Assembly (NCBI GenBank): GCA_010093815.1
Contig: ML996585.1
Direction: 5' to 3' (one strand)
DNA from: Pseudovirgaria hyperparasitica
Lineage: Eukaryota
Length of the DNA: 64,000 nt
The notes under the pieces were generated by a model. It was not told where the DNA came from. It saw nothing but the letters and a program-made list of their open reading frames with translations, and did not search any database. The position numbers were made by a program, and so were the translations under genes. Shown piece by piece: positions 50,001 to 63,900 of the stretch; position 1 is the stretch's first letter, and each line of letters opens with the position of its first letter.

Positions 50001-53000
50001 TTCCTAGGTTAAGCTCGTAGACTCTTATACTAATATAACGTTTGATTCGGAAGGGACTAGCTATTTTATAATCGAGCTTTTTATTTACTCGTGATGTTTA
50101 TATATTACGGACGTTAAGGAGGACTTTGTCTCCCTCCTTATACGATTAATCTTTAACTAATCTATTATAGTACTTTATATACGACTTATTCGCTTACTAG
50201 ATTATTACGCGATAGTTACGTACGGTTTTAAAGATTTTAATCGCTAGTTTCTACGTATAGACGTTAACATCTATCGTTTAGTCGAACTAGACCATATAAG
50301 GTTTAAAACCTATCCTTAGACTATATTCTAGGTTCGCCTAGAAGGGCGTAACATCTATTATACTATAACGACTATTATTATACGCGAATTCTACTATGCT
50401 TAGTAGAGAGGCCTAGTTATCTTATTCGAAATTATAGAATACACGAAGGTAGACCTTAAGTGTTTAGTTCTATTACTCTATCTAACTATCTATTTATAGA
50501 TGGAATGCTATTAATATATTTCTATTTATACTAGCTATTTCGTAGAATAACGTCTAGAATTTAGACGTGAATATACTCCCCTAGTCTATAATAATCCTTT
50601 TTAGTATACTATAGACCTTAATAATCTTATTCTAGAATACTTATACTAGTTCTTTTAATATAATCGTCTTCTATATAGGGACGTACCTAGATATCTTTAT
50701 AAGTCTATCCACGATAATAAGAATTAAATTATAACTTATTCTAAGTATCTTACTTAGAGGTAAGTTAACTATAAAATCTATAGTAATATCTTCCTATATA
50801 AAGAGGGGGACTAGTAGAGGCTATAAGTTCCTATATAGCTTATATCTAGATGCCTTTATTCTTTAATAAATCGGATAAGTAGCTATCTATTCTTCGACGT
50901 ACTTAGGTATATCTTTCTAAAAATAGTACTAACGAATCGAGCTTAGGGTGCGTATATACCCGAAATATCCTACTAGGTTAGCGTTATGGTATCGGCTAAC
51001 TACGGTAAATCGTGTATTATCTATCGGTATATAGTACTTTCTATTATAGTAGAGTAAGCCGTCTATAAAGGTCTACTTATAGTCTACTTCGGTCCGTAAT
51101 AACCTATCTTACTATATTTTACATAACTTTAAAACTATTAGGTCTATCTTTTATAGATCTATAATTAACTAGGTAAGGTCTACTTAATATATACGCCGGG
51201 TACTATCGCCCTCCCTAATAGCGCTAATAAATGGCTCGCTAGGGACTTCGGTACCGCGATTTTAGTTACCGGCTTCGGTCTTATAAATTTAATTACCGGT
51301 ATTAGCGTTAGTATCTCGCTAATTATCGGATAACTTATTATCTAACCTCGTCCTTAAGAGTTAGGCCTATAGCTACTCTAGGACCCTATAGCTACTATAA
51401 TCCTAGGCGCCTTCTTTATAGTTAGGTCTTCTTAATATTCTATTAGCTAGGTTTATACTTCTAGGTCGATAGTAGATTATAAAGTAAAAGTTCGTAAGCT
51501 ACTTAGCCTATTAGACCTATCGATGATTTAAAACCGTCGTGCTTATAAACCCCTTTAAGTTATAGTAATTAGTTAGTAACTTAACGTTATACATAGTACC
51601 TTTAAGATAATATCGCCACTACTTAAACGACTCTACTATTACTAGTAGCTCTTAGTTATAAATAGTATATCTAGTCTCGACGTTAGCTATCTTACGCAAG
51701 AAGAACGTAACTAGATACTATTAGACCTTTTTAGACTCTATTAGTCTAGGCTAGAAGAGTATACCTAAGATTATAAATTCTAATGCATTAGTTTCGACGC
51801 GAATAGATTTAGTTAGATCGAAGTATACTAGTAATAGGGCGGTTATAAATGCTTCTTTAATCTTCTTAAAGGATGTTCTTTCGACCTTAGTTAATTTAAT
51901 AGGTTATGATTTAATATTATACTATTTCTATCTACCACGGACCGTAATAGACGAGTTAGTAGTAGTAGTACATGTATTAAGTAGTGCGGCTAAACGGGAG
52001 AAGTATTTAATAAATTTTCGGTAGTAGTTAGCGAAGCTAATAAAGACACGTATATCTCGAATGGATTTTAGTTTAGACTAGTCTATAATAGTAGTAACTC
52101 TATCTCTCTCTATAGTTATATCTTAATTAGTAATAACGAAGCTAAGAAAGTTAATATAGTTCTAATAGAACTCGTATTTAGATAGCTTAATATATAGCTT
52201 ATACTTTTCTAGCCTATCTAGGACTATACGTACGTGCTAGATATACTCCTCCTCGTTATCTAAGAAGATAAGGATATTATCTAGGTATACAATATATGTC
52301 ATGTCGAGTAGGCCTACTAGCGCGTTATTAATATACGCTTAGAAGGTGCCTAGCGCGTTAGTTAGTCTAAAAGGGACCACGGTATACTTAAAGTATCTAT
52401 AACGGGTCCTAAAAGCCGTTTTCTATTCGTCGCCTTCCTTAATACGAAGGTAATAGTAGACGTTACATAGATCGAGCTTAGTAAAGATCTTTATACGTCC
52501 TAGTCTATTAATAGACTTAGAGATAAGAGGTAGTAGATAATAATTCTTTCGCGTGATATTATTTAGGCTATAGTAGTTAATATATAGACGGAGGCTTCTA
52601 TTCTTCTTCTTTATAAAGAGAATTAGAGCTCCGGCTAGGGATATACTAGGTCTAATCTATTCTCGCGTAAGGTTCTTTTCGATATATTCTCGAAGGGCTT
52701 ATAACTTAGGTTCTAAAAGAGGGTAGATAGGTCTATATAGAGGTTACTAGCCGTCTTTAAGATTAATAGTAAGGTTAGTAGATTAGTATTAAGGTAGTTT
52801 AGAGGAATCGATTGCTAACGCAATATATTAGTATATTTTATACTAATATAGTAGGTTTTCGTCTACTTTAATACTAAGCTCGCTATTTTATATAAGTAAG
52901 AGTACGTAGATAGTAGAGATTACCTTCTTATAATCTTTCTAGAATTATTCGTCGTCGATAAGCTATACTAGTTTCTATTAAGGTAGGTTTATACGCTAGC

Positions 53001-55069
53001 TAGCTATCTTCTTAAGGAAGTCTAGTTTTAGATTATATTTCTTAAGCTATAGTATACCTAGAATTATGTCAAAGGGACTATCTACCATAATAAAGGTTAA
53101 GTAGTAGAGTTTCTATTTCCCTCCGCTATTCTAGATACTATATTTAATAGTATAGGTACTATATAACTTAATAGGACTATCGATACTATAGAATATGGCA
53201 CCTATTAGAGCTTAGATATCGGCATTAAGTTCTTATACTTATTAGGTCGATATAACGTTAGTAGCCGACCTACTATTAAGTATTATAGTCTAATATTATC
53301 CACGAGAGACCTTAATAGGTCTAGCCTATAGTTTAATATACTATTTAGCGGATTACCCCTCTATTATAGTCGCGCCTATAAGTCGCGAGGGTTTCTTATA
53401 GGCTATTAGTTTTTTATATTTTATACTAGGTAGTTAGGCGTGATGTATCCTAGCTACTAGTACTTATAGTATATAACTAGTTAGTTAGTTATATTAGCAC
53501 TTAGTAGCTTCTCTAAACGGTACTTAGGTGCTATATAGTCTATTCTACTATAGGTATAGTAAGTAACTTTAGGTCGTTTATATAAGTCGGTCCTTATATC
53601 TCGATATATTAATTAGTAGGGAGATCTACGATACGATCCGCGTGGTTTTAAATTCGAGACGTAGTAGTAGCCTTATAATATCCCGCGAGATCTATTACTA
53701 AATCGGTTTTAGTTAGACGATTTTATGTTAGATTAGATTATTAGAGATAGTTATATACTAGCGCGGCGTTAATTATTTATTATATACTAGTATCGCTCCG
53801 TAAGGTTTATAAGAGCTTAGAGGTCTATAGAGATTATTATTATAAGGTTAAGATAGTCCTTTATATTTAGGGCGAGGGACCGTTTAAAGTTATTATACTA
53901 TTAAATTATATAATCTTCTTCGGCTTCTCTCTAGAGAGGCCGAAGGTATTTAAGGAGTTATAATAGTAACTAATTATCTCGTTATTAAGTCTCGAAGATA
54001 TAGCCCTAGGCCTAGTCGCGTCGTTTAGCCCTATCGCTAAAATATTAGAGGAGAAATTTGGTAAACGTATTCTAGTTATAGGTATTCTTAGAATATTTAA
54101 TTTAGTATACTATCTAACGTTCTAAAGACGTCGGGTTAAGGTAGTTCTAGACGAATCTAATTTTATCGCTATCGTTCGTGAATAGATAGAAGAATCGGCT
54201 ATATTAGTAAGCCTATACGTGGAAACTCTTTCTACTTTTACTATTAAAGTAAGGTAGTTTCTTAGGTTGGGGTAATTAGGATAGTAGTAGACTAGAATGG
54301 ATCGTTTTAGTTAGTATAGGTCTATATAAATATAGATTAGTCGTTACTAGAACTAAAGCGCGTAATATAGCTTTAAGTCTCGTAGTACGTTCTTAAGCTT
54401 CGTCGAGTTTACGTAGTTATTACTTAAGTTAAATCTATTATTACCTCTCTTCGTATAGTCTAGTATATATATTATTATAAGGTATAGTTAATGTTAGGCG
54501 ATTCTAACGGATTAACTTATTAATATTAATAAGGTCTAGCCTCGTGTTAAGGTTAGGTCTAGTATAGTTTAAACTAGACTAAGATAGAGTATAATAGACT
54601 CTATCCTCGTATTCTATAATATCTTCTATAGTTATACGGAATATCGTGCGAGTTATTAGTACGATAGCCTATAAGATATAGTTATTAGTAGGGGTAGTTA
54701 TAGATAGACTATTCTCCTTATTTAGGTTAGGAGAAGGTCTACTATAAGAGGCGGTGCCACGAGTATTATAATGAGTGGTTAGAGCTATTTCTATAAACTA
54801 CCGTCGTGCTATATAAAGAGAAATTAAAATATAAGGATTATAGACGTAGGATAGTAGTCTAATAGGTTATAGGAGGATTCGGGAATATATTTAAAAGGGT
54901 AGTCTACTCTTCTAACGAGGTTAATTCCTAAAGAGTAGGAATTAAGTGTGTGCGGTCTACTTATATAGTGGTCTCGCTTATTCTAGCTGGCTTACCCTAG
55001 GTCCACCTATCACGGACCGTACTAGACTATAGTATTTTAGTTAAGTCTATTCTAGTGTCAGCCCTAATA
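47059..55069 (-). mobile_element. Ty3/Gypsy chromovirus LTR retrotransposon, RIP-inactivated (~8.0 kb)
   Basis: 240-bp LTRs at 47059-47298 and 54830-55069; PPT at ~47299-47316. Minus-strand relics: gag zinc knuckle (~53430-53475), RT VYLD(D)ILIF (~52265-52290), chromodomain (W)KNYTED(E)NT(W)(E)P (~49778-49818). TSD is imperfect (tctag/attag). Confidence 0.92.
47786..49090 (+). pseudogene. spliced antisense accessory gene inside the Gypsy element (~396 aa after reversing RIP)
   Basis: Exons 47786-48475, 48540-48673 and 48724-49090 total 1191 nt in frame. The first 107 codons are stop-free and internal stops are only TAA/TAG. Donors read ATAAGT (RIP of GTAAGT), acceptors TTTTAG. Confidence 0.72.
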
Positions 55070-55657
55070 ATTAGCTTCTACTAGATATATCTCTAACCCT
55101 AGTATAGTAGAAAGAGCTATATAATAGAATATTCTAGAATAATTAAACCCCTATCTAAAAGATAATAAATAACTAAGAGTATAGAGTACTATAGATAAAG
55201 AAGAAAGAGAGAACTCTAACTAGAGATACTCTTCTAGATAAAATTAACTACTAAATAATATATATAGAGAGAGAGATTAAGAAAGATAAGATTACTCTTC
55301 TTAGTATCTTCTAGAGTCTAGTCTAGAATATTAGAGAGCTTACTATAAGAGTAAAATAAATACTAGAGATAAGTCTAGAATTAAGGTTAGACTAAATTAA
55401 GGCTAGCCTATTAAGAATCTAGGAAGGCCTTATCTAGAAAAAGTATCTAACTACCTAGGCCTAAGTTATAGTACTATTAGATAGTATAACTAGAATAATC
55501 TAGATACTAAGAATATCTATAGAAGAAGTATATAGTTATTATAGCTATAGTAGTAGTATATATTATATATAATTACTATAGGTAGTAGTAAACTAGTTAG
55601 ATATATAAATATAACTAACTAGATATATAGATAGAAAATAGTATACTTTATAACTAA

Positions 55658-58600
55658 AAACTTCTTTTACATCCCCAAGAGGCTAACTTGATCCATTTAG
55701 GGTAATATAGCGAGATACACACCTTAATTAATAGAGTATACCGAGTACACCAACTACTACTATACGCACGTACGTGTAGCGTCGAAACCAAGACGTTATT
55801 ACCGTGTAAAGATATATATACACCCTCTTAAAATCCTTACGGAGATAGAGGCACGGACCACGCTACTAGAACGCCGACACGCCGACCCCCTTTTATTAGT
55901 TAAGGGTAGCCCTTAACTAATAAATATAGCGGCCTTAGGTACCGATATACCCCGGTATATACTGGATATACCCCTACCGGTACGATAGAAAAGGCTATAT
56001 AGCGATATTACTAAGGGTAACTATATATCTATCTAAAACGTAGAATATACCTAAAGGCGCACGCCGCTATAGATAGACGGAATAAAGGGGACCCCGAGAG
56101 GGGAAACCCTCCTAGATTATATTAACTACTAGATAGCACGTATAGAGAAGGAAGCCGGAGAGGGCTAGAAGACCCTTCTATATATATTCTAGAACCTTAT
56201 CTAGAATCTAAAGGGAATTATAGAGGAGGAGAAGAAGATATAACTAGGAGGACCGGAGGGGAGGCTCGACCAAATAGAGGCTAGCCTATATAGAATCTAG
56301 GAGGAACTTACTTAAGGTAAGCGCCCTAGTATATAGATATTAATAGTAGTAATACCGGAGGCTATACTATGGGCCCCCTAGACCGGCGACGTAGCGTATA
56401 GTATACGCGTCGTAATCTAGGATAAGGATACCCTAGTATAGGTCTAGTAAGTATCCCTAAAGGATATAGTAAGTAAGATTAACGAATAAAAGGGAATATA
56501 GTTAAACGTCGTCGCCGCTAAACTCACGCTAGAAGGAGTAGTACTTACCATAATAATAAACATTACGTAGTAGACTATCTCGCATAATCCGAACGCGATT
56601 AGTAGTATCTTTCTAGGCGCCTCTATTAGGGCGGCCATATACCCGATATAGGTATACTCTATACCCGTAAGCGGATAGGTTATTAGAGAAGAGGGCATCA
56701 CGCGGATAGAATAGTTAAATAAGCGAAAATACCTAGAAATTAAGATCGTAAGAGTATAGTAGAAGAATATATAAGGGATTAAAACCAGATCGAAGGCACA
56801 CTCTACTATAATAGTAGAGCTTAAGGACCCCGCCCTCGCGTATTAAATTATATAAGAGGGATTCCTAGCGGAAGGGGAGCTTCTTATAGCGGAACCATAG
56901 GATAGAGTATAGGCGATAATATAGTGCTTTAACTATTAGGGATATAGGTATACGGCATAGCGGTACTCCTAAAAGACTAGGTATAGATGGTATCGATAAG
57001 AATATAGTACCTAGGAGTGCCTCTACGGGATATAAGAAGAGGGCTAGAGGGATAGAGATATAGCGAAGTGCTCTAACTACGACGGCAAGCACCTATCGTA
57101 GTCGGCTACGTGCGCGAAACGTAAATAGGTTACTAAATACATCTACTTAATCTAGATAAAGGGAGTAAGGTAGCTATAAACGATGCGACCTACTACCGTT
57201 CCTCTCTTTACTATAATACTACTACTATAGACTACCTCCTTATAAGGAAGCGGTTAGGAATAGTAAACCGTCCTAAGAAAGCTAATAATAGGACGGCCCT
57301 AAGGAATTACTAAGGCCGCCGCCGTACGAGGATAGTCGCGTCTTAGAGGAATGAATATACAGGCCTATATATTCTCTAGCACCTAATAAGAGACTAAGAT
57401 ATACTCCTAATTATATAGGTAAACGTATAGTATAAACGTAAGAACTAGGTGATACTCCTTAAGGAGACCGGAGCTATAATACTCGCTATATAGGAGCTAT
57501 ATAAACACTACTAGACGAATAAACTAATAACACACCTAGAATATTATATAATACACCCCCTAGGACCGGAGAGGAGAGTCCTCTTCCATGTCTATAAGTC
57601 TATTCTACTCTTATTATAGTCGTATACTAAACGGGATAACCTCCGGATAATACTACACCTCTAGACGAATATCGGACCCCTCTATATACATAATATATAT
57701 AATTAGAACCGATCGCTTTAGGCGGATAACATGCTTAAGGATACTACCGAGCTAGGATAACACATCCTCCTAGGAGACTTTAACCTCTATTATAGCTAGT
57801 AGGGTAGACTAACCGTCACCCGCGAAGAGCTTCGAGCTAGAGAACTACGCATCTAATACTACGGCTTTCTATACCTTCTTATACTAGTAGGATAGATTAC
57901 CTAGTGAAAACATAAATAAGATAAGGGCGGATCTATACTCGACCTTACCCTAGCCACTAGACATATTTATAATAGGACTTAATACTACCGCCTAAGCCTT
58001 ATATAGATAGACTCCGACCACGAATATATAGAGACCGTAATAGACGTATCTACCCCTTAAGACTAACGAGGGCGATAGCTATAGAAGGATACTAACTAGG
58101 AAAAGTACCTAAAGGACCTGGAATCGACGATTCTAGACCCGTCTATAGTCGACATATCTAATGGCCCGGCCATTAACTAGGCCGTGAATACACTCCTATA
58201 GACGTACTAGGGAGTAAGAGATAAACACGTGCCATACCGAATATATAGACCCCTAGACCTAAAAAGTATACCTTAAGTGCGAGAGCATAGGCGAGAAGTC
58301 TAGAGATTATATACACGCGTATACTATAACCATATATCTAAAGCGTAGGATAAATAGAGAGAGACGAGAAGATAATAAGATAAGGTCCTCCGTAATGAGC
58401 GACATAAATAGTAGTATATAGTTACGGATAGACATACACGTAATACTACTAGACTATAGCATATGGTAAAATGGGCTAAAAGCACCGCCTCCCCAACACC
58501 TATACCACTTATACCCCCCCTTATATATTAAGAAAAGATATACTCTATAAGCCTCGAGAAAATAGAGATCCTATAAGAGATTATATTCCCTCTTCTAGAA

Positions 58601-60945
58601 CCCGTAGACCTATTAGATATTAACGGTACGGAATACCCGGAAGCTATAAGTATCTCTAGGGAAATCACGGACGACGATATACTCGGCGCTATTAAGATAC
58701 TCCCGAACGATAAAGCGCTTAGGCTAGACGGAATTCTAAATCGATACCTTAAGAGGACTATATAGGCGACCTTACTAATTATAGGCTATATATTCCGAGC
58801 GTGCGCCCGTATAGAATACTACCTATAGAGCTTCCGAACCGTATACACGGTTATACTCCTAAAACTAGGGAAGAGCCTAAACACGCTAAAGGGATAGAGG
58901 CCGATCGCCCTCCTCTTCTACCTTAGTAAGGTACTAGAAGCTACGATTACTAAGAAGATAAGTATAGTAGTATAGGTATACGGCCTTCTCCTAGTAAACC
59001 AGAAGGCGAAGGTAGGAAGCTCCCTAATTATAGCTATTTAACACATCCTTAAGGTCATCTAGACTACATAGAAATAAGGACAAGTCATTACGCTACTCTC
59101 CCTAGACATAGTAGAGGCGTTTAATAAGGTAAACCATATAAGACTTATCCATAACCTCCGGATAACGCGAATACCTAAGTAGATTATACGATTTATATAG
59201 TCCTTCCTCGCGTAAAGGACTACTTAAATATATATCCCTAGATACCGAAGCGAATATAAGGAGATAGTATACGGCATCCCGTAAGGGAGTACTATCTCCC
59301 TAATCCTCTTCCTCTTCTTTATAGTAGACCTCCTTTAGAGAATAGAATATATAGAGGTAGTTAGATACGCGGACGATATATACCTCCTTATAGTCGATAG
59401 TAGTACTAGTAGAATATATACACGACTCGAACGAGACCACGAGAAATACGTCTAGTAGGTAAAGCGCCACGGAGTAAAATTCGCACCTAAAAAATACTAG
59501 CTTATATACTTTATTAACTACTATAGAGGATGGGCTACTAGAGAGAGGGCACGTCGCCCCTAAATCAACGCCTTTATAGAACCACTAGTATAGAGTATAC
59601 GAGCACTCGGCGTTATAATCGATAATAAGCTAAAATAGGGACCATAGGTAGCACACGCCGTCTCTAGAGCCCTCTAGATAGAAACCGCTATACACCGGAT
59701 TACGGTATCCACGTAGAGAATAGCCCGGGATAAGGCGAGATAGCTATACATCTCCCTAGCACGCCTAGCCTTTATATATAGATACGAGTGCTAGTATACG
59801 GCCCTTATATAAGCTCGGCGGGTAAAGCTTAAGTCTATATAAAACCGTATACTCCGCCTTATCTCCGGCGTATATAAAGCTACTAATATAACACTCCTCT
59901 AACGCGAGATAAACGTAACAAGTATATAGGACTTCTACTAGATATAGAGACTTATATACTTTACTAAATAATAAGTATAAGAACGTGGAGGAGATAGGGT
60001 ATATACCTTCGCTATACTACGTACACGTATCCGCGCGTATTACTAGGCCCTCCCTACTATAGAATAAACTCGAGTATAATATAAATACTATATAGAGGCG
60101 GACTCGAGCTAGACCGCGTAGAAGGTTCGAAATAACCCGGATACCGTCCTAAGCTAATAGAGCCCTAAGGAGCTTAGCCGCGTTATACGGTCGTGGATCT
60201 AGAATAAATAGAGGGAGGTACTTAAAGTCTAGTGGGCCTCCTAATAGGATAGGTATCTAGAATAGATCCGAGGGCCTTAGAAGGAACTAAGTAAATAGAT
60301 ATATAAAGGGCTAACGAAGGCCTAAGCATCTATACTCCTCTAAGCCCGAATAGGCGCTATAGGTCTTCTATATTACCTCTACTAGAGAGGCGTTCTAGAT
60401 ATATCTCCCTAGTGTAAGGACTACGGCCGGAGAGGTATAATACGCTACTACCTCGCGACGTACTCTAGCCTCTATACCCTAAGATAAGCCCTTATCCGTA
60501 TAACGAGGACCTCCGACATCACGTAATGGCTTAATAAGTACTCTAAGGATGTCGCCCGATAGATGCTCGTATACCTTCCTCTCCCCTAGTTCTAGTAGAC
60601 CCGTATATATATACCGGAAGAAGCCCGATATATACTAGAAGAACCCCGGTATACGTCGGAAGAACCCTAGGAGAACCGCGATTATTAGTTAAGGGTAGCC
60701 CTTAACTAATAATCTCCGCACCTACACGTGCTACCTAAGGGTAAACTATTATAATATAGGCTATAGGCCCATAGGTAGCCCCTAGGGCTATATATATATA
60801 AAGAACGAGAGGATAGATAGAGCGTAGTCATAGATATGAGGGAGTTTTTCCTATTCATAGGTTTCTTCTTATATAGTAGCTTAGACTAGAGGAGGCATGC
60901 GCCTATAGAGTGGTACTCTACCTAGTTTACTAATATTATTATTAT
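55658..60945 (+). mobile_element. full-length Tad1-like LINE (ORF1 with zinc knuckles; ORF2 APE endonuclease + RT), RIP-inactivated
   Basis: 16-bp TSD tatactttataactaa (55642-55657 and 60946-60961). ORF1 CFN(C)..GY knuckle at ~56924. ORF2 LLGDFNL (~57768), DSDH (~58010), RPIALL (~58898), GIP(Q)GS (~59273), YADD (~59366). (TAT)n tail. Confidence 0.92.
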
Positions 60946-60961
60946 TATACTTTATAACTAA

Positions 60962-63900
60962 TTTAACTTAATATATTAATAATCTTAATAAAGTAGTAGC
61001 TAAAAGTAAGTATCTACTAGTTTATATACTTTAAATACTAAGTCCTCTTTACTAGACTATCTTAGTTAATATAATAATACTAGAATAATTACTAGTTTAA
61101 GCGACCTTCTCCTTACTATACTATCTATACTAACTACTTTATTATAGGCTAGTAAAATATTCTTCTTCTAGTATATAGTATAAGTAGAATAAACTTATTA
61201 TATTACTATAAACTTAACTCTCTAGAGCTTAAGAATACTCTATTTACTAGTTATAAGACTATATATAGATTAAACTAGATATCTATAACTCTATTATTTC
61301 TATATTTTACTATTTAGCTTAAAAGGTTTTCTATTATACGCTAGATACTAGTAATTTTATATTTTTTATACTCTTACTAGCCGCTTATAATAATAGCTTA
61401 TATTACTACTAGAGAACTTAGTTCTCCTAGGGTATTAACTATTTAGTTATAGATAAGTTAATTAATAAGTATTTAGAAATCTACTACTACTTAAGATAGT
61501 ACTTAATTATCTTATTACTAACTATCTACCACTCTCTACTCTAGAACGTTCCTTATAAAGTAGAAGGCTAGCTACTAAGTCTTTTCTACTATAGTAGTTA
61601 ATAAATTATCTAGTATTATAAGAGGTATATAACTTATTCCTAAATAATCTATTAATTTAAGCTTAGTACTCTTTAACTACTAGGCTCTCTAGACCTTTCT
61701 TAAGCTTATTAGACTTAGTTAATTATATAATAAGCTCTAGTATAGAAGCTATTATATCTAACTACCCTAAACGTACTAGTACTTTAGTAGAATATACTAT
61801 ACTATATTAGATAGATATAGATACTAGTAATAGCGGTATACTAGCTAGGGCTCTAATAACTAATAATAGGGACTTTACGGTAAGATAGTAAGCTATAATT
61901 ATAGCTATAATTTAGTAGACTCTTACTTAGTAGATAGATAGTTTATAGAATAATAACTAAAACCTAATAGATAGTAGTAAAAATCTACTATTTAATAATA
62001 ATAAAGATAGTTAAGGGTTTAGAATATAAGAAATTAGATTCTTCTAATCTAACTTAGATTATAGCTTTAGAGATAGAGATATTATTTTTACTAGTTAGAA
62101 TATATATATATATAGTATATATATCTTCCTTAACTAGATTAAAGATACTACTATAGCTAGAGAAACTAAAACTATTAAGTTAAAAATCTCTTAGTATCTA
62201 TAAGAATATACTCTTAAGTAGTTTATATTATAATTATCTAATCTTAAGAAGAAAGTACTCTATTACTTATCTAGTTTAGATACCTAGACTATAGTCTTAA
62301 TTAAGTAGTTTAAGTAGCTATTATCTAATACTCTATTATCTCTTATAATATAAAGATATACTCTCTAATAGGCCCGCTTCTAAACTAACGTTACTTTATA
62401 TATATATACTATAGCTTATAATTATAGTACTATATAACTATTAGGCCCTTCTAGCTAAAACGCTTAGATATTTATATAGAATAGTATTAATATTCTTCTT
62501 TACTAGGGTCTACCTCTACTAATAGAATCTATATCTCTAGTCTAATTTATATAGACTCTATAAGTAAAATATAAAGAATAGTACTAACTTATCTACTATT
62601 ATCTTAGTAGTATATAGTATAATACTTTAAGTTAATTTACTTAATAAGAAAGAGAAGATAGTTAATATAATGGCTCTTATTACTATAACTTACCTTAACT
62701 ATTTAGTAACTCTTAAGACTAGAGCTAGTCTAATAGCTATTATCTTATAACTAATTAACCTAATTAACGCTATAACTTATACTAGTTCTACCCTTTATAG
62801 TAGTTCTAATAAGAATTAGAAGGTTTAGATAAAGATAGTTAAAAGATATTAGCTAATATATATTAGCTACTAGCTATAACTAGTACTTCTATAGATTATT
62901 CTACTAGTTCTAGAATAGCTAATAAGCTCTATACTAGCTAGTCTTAGTCTCTTAGTAATAATAGACGGTTTATCTAACTACTATAACCGTTCTACTAGGT
63001 ATATAATATTTAGAAAGAATTATATAATCTAGATATTAAAGATACTTACTATATAGAGGTTAAAGAAGCTTTCTTCTACCTTAGACTAACTAATATAGAT
63101 ACTATTAAACTAGTATAGTTTAGTAATAAAACCGGTCTTACTAGCCTTAATCTACTATCTAGTAATATTAATAAGAGTCTACCTTTATAATTTATAGTAT
63201 ACTAAGTAACTAATATATATCTAGTATACTAGATCTAATATAACGTTTATAATAAGGTATTTCTATTATAAGATAAGCTATTAAAGTATCTTAAGAATAG
63301 AAAGTACCTTAAGATAATAGTAAATACTAAGGTTCCTCTATATAATTATATAGTTCTAAGATTAGACGTTATATATTATAATATCTAGAGTAATATAGTA
63401 CTATTATTAGTTAATAGTCTACTAGATACCGGCTAAGTATATAAAGAATTATACTATATCTAAGTTAAGGCCTTACTTAGTCTTAACGGCCCTATTAAAT
63501 ATATCTATCTAGATATAGAAAGTATTATAATACTAATTAACTAAGCTTTTCTTAAATAGTAGAACTCTAATATCTAAATACTTATCTAACTAGCTATTTC
63601 TATTTAGAGAGTAGAGGGAGTTAAGTCTATAAAGTCGACTAAATTTATAGTTATTATACTATTTCTCCTAGGCCGAACGTCTAATAGTTTAACTACTATA
63701 ACTATAAAAGTAATATATAAGGTATATATCCTTAACTATCTATAGGTAGATCTCCTTCTTAGAATAGACGTTATAGTACCTTAGAAGATAGATATCTATA
63801 TAAGTATATATATTTCTATAGAATCTTATAAAAAGATATAAGTTCCCGCTAGCGTCCTTACTAAAACCACGACTAAAAAACTACCTTTTCCCTTATAATA

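Larger units (their letters stand above)
46176..55560 (+). mobile_element. older Tad1-like LINE 5' portion, interrupted by the TRIM and the Gypsy element
   Basis: Segments 46176-46202, 46788-47058 and ~55075-55560 are colinear with the 5' UTR and ORF1 start of the LINE at 55658. The right boundary is approximate. Confidence 0.7.

Noticed and set aside
56444..57092. Minus-strand ORFs 56444-56701 and 56865-57092
   Set aside because: Shadow ORFs antisense to the RIPed LINE ORF1; the Y/I/L-rich composition reflects RIP.
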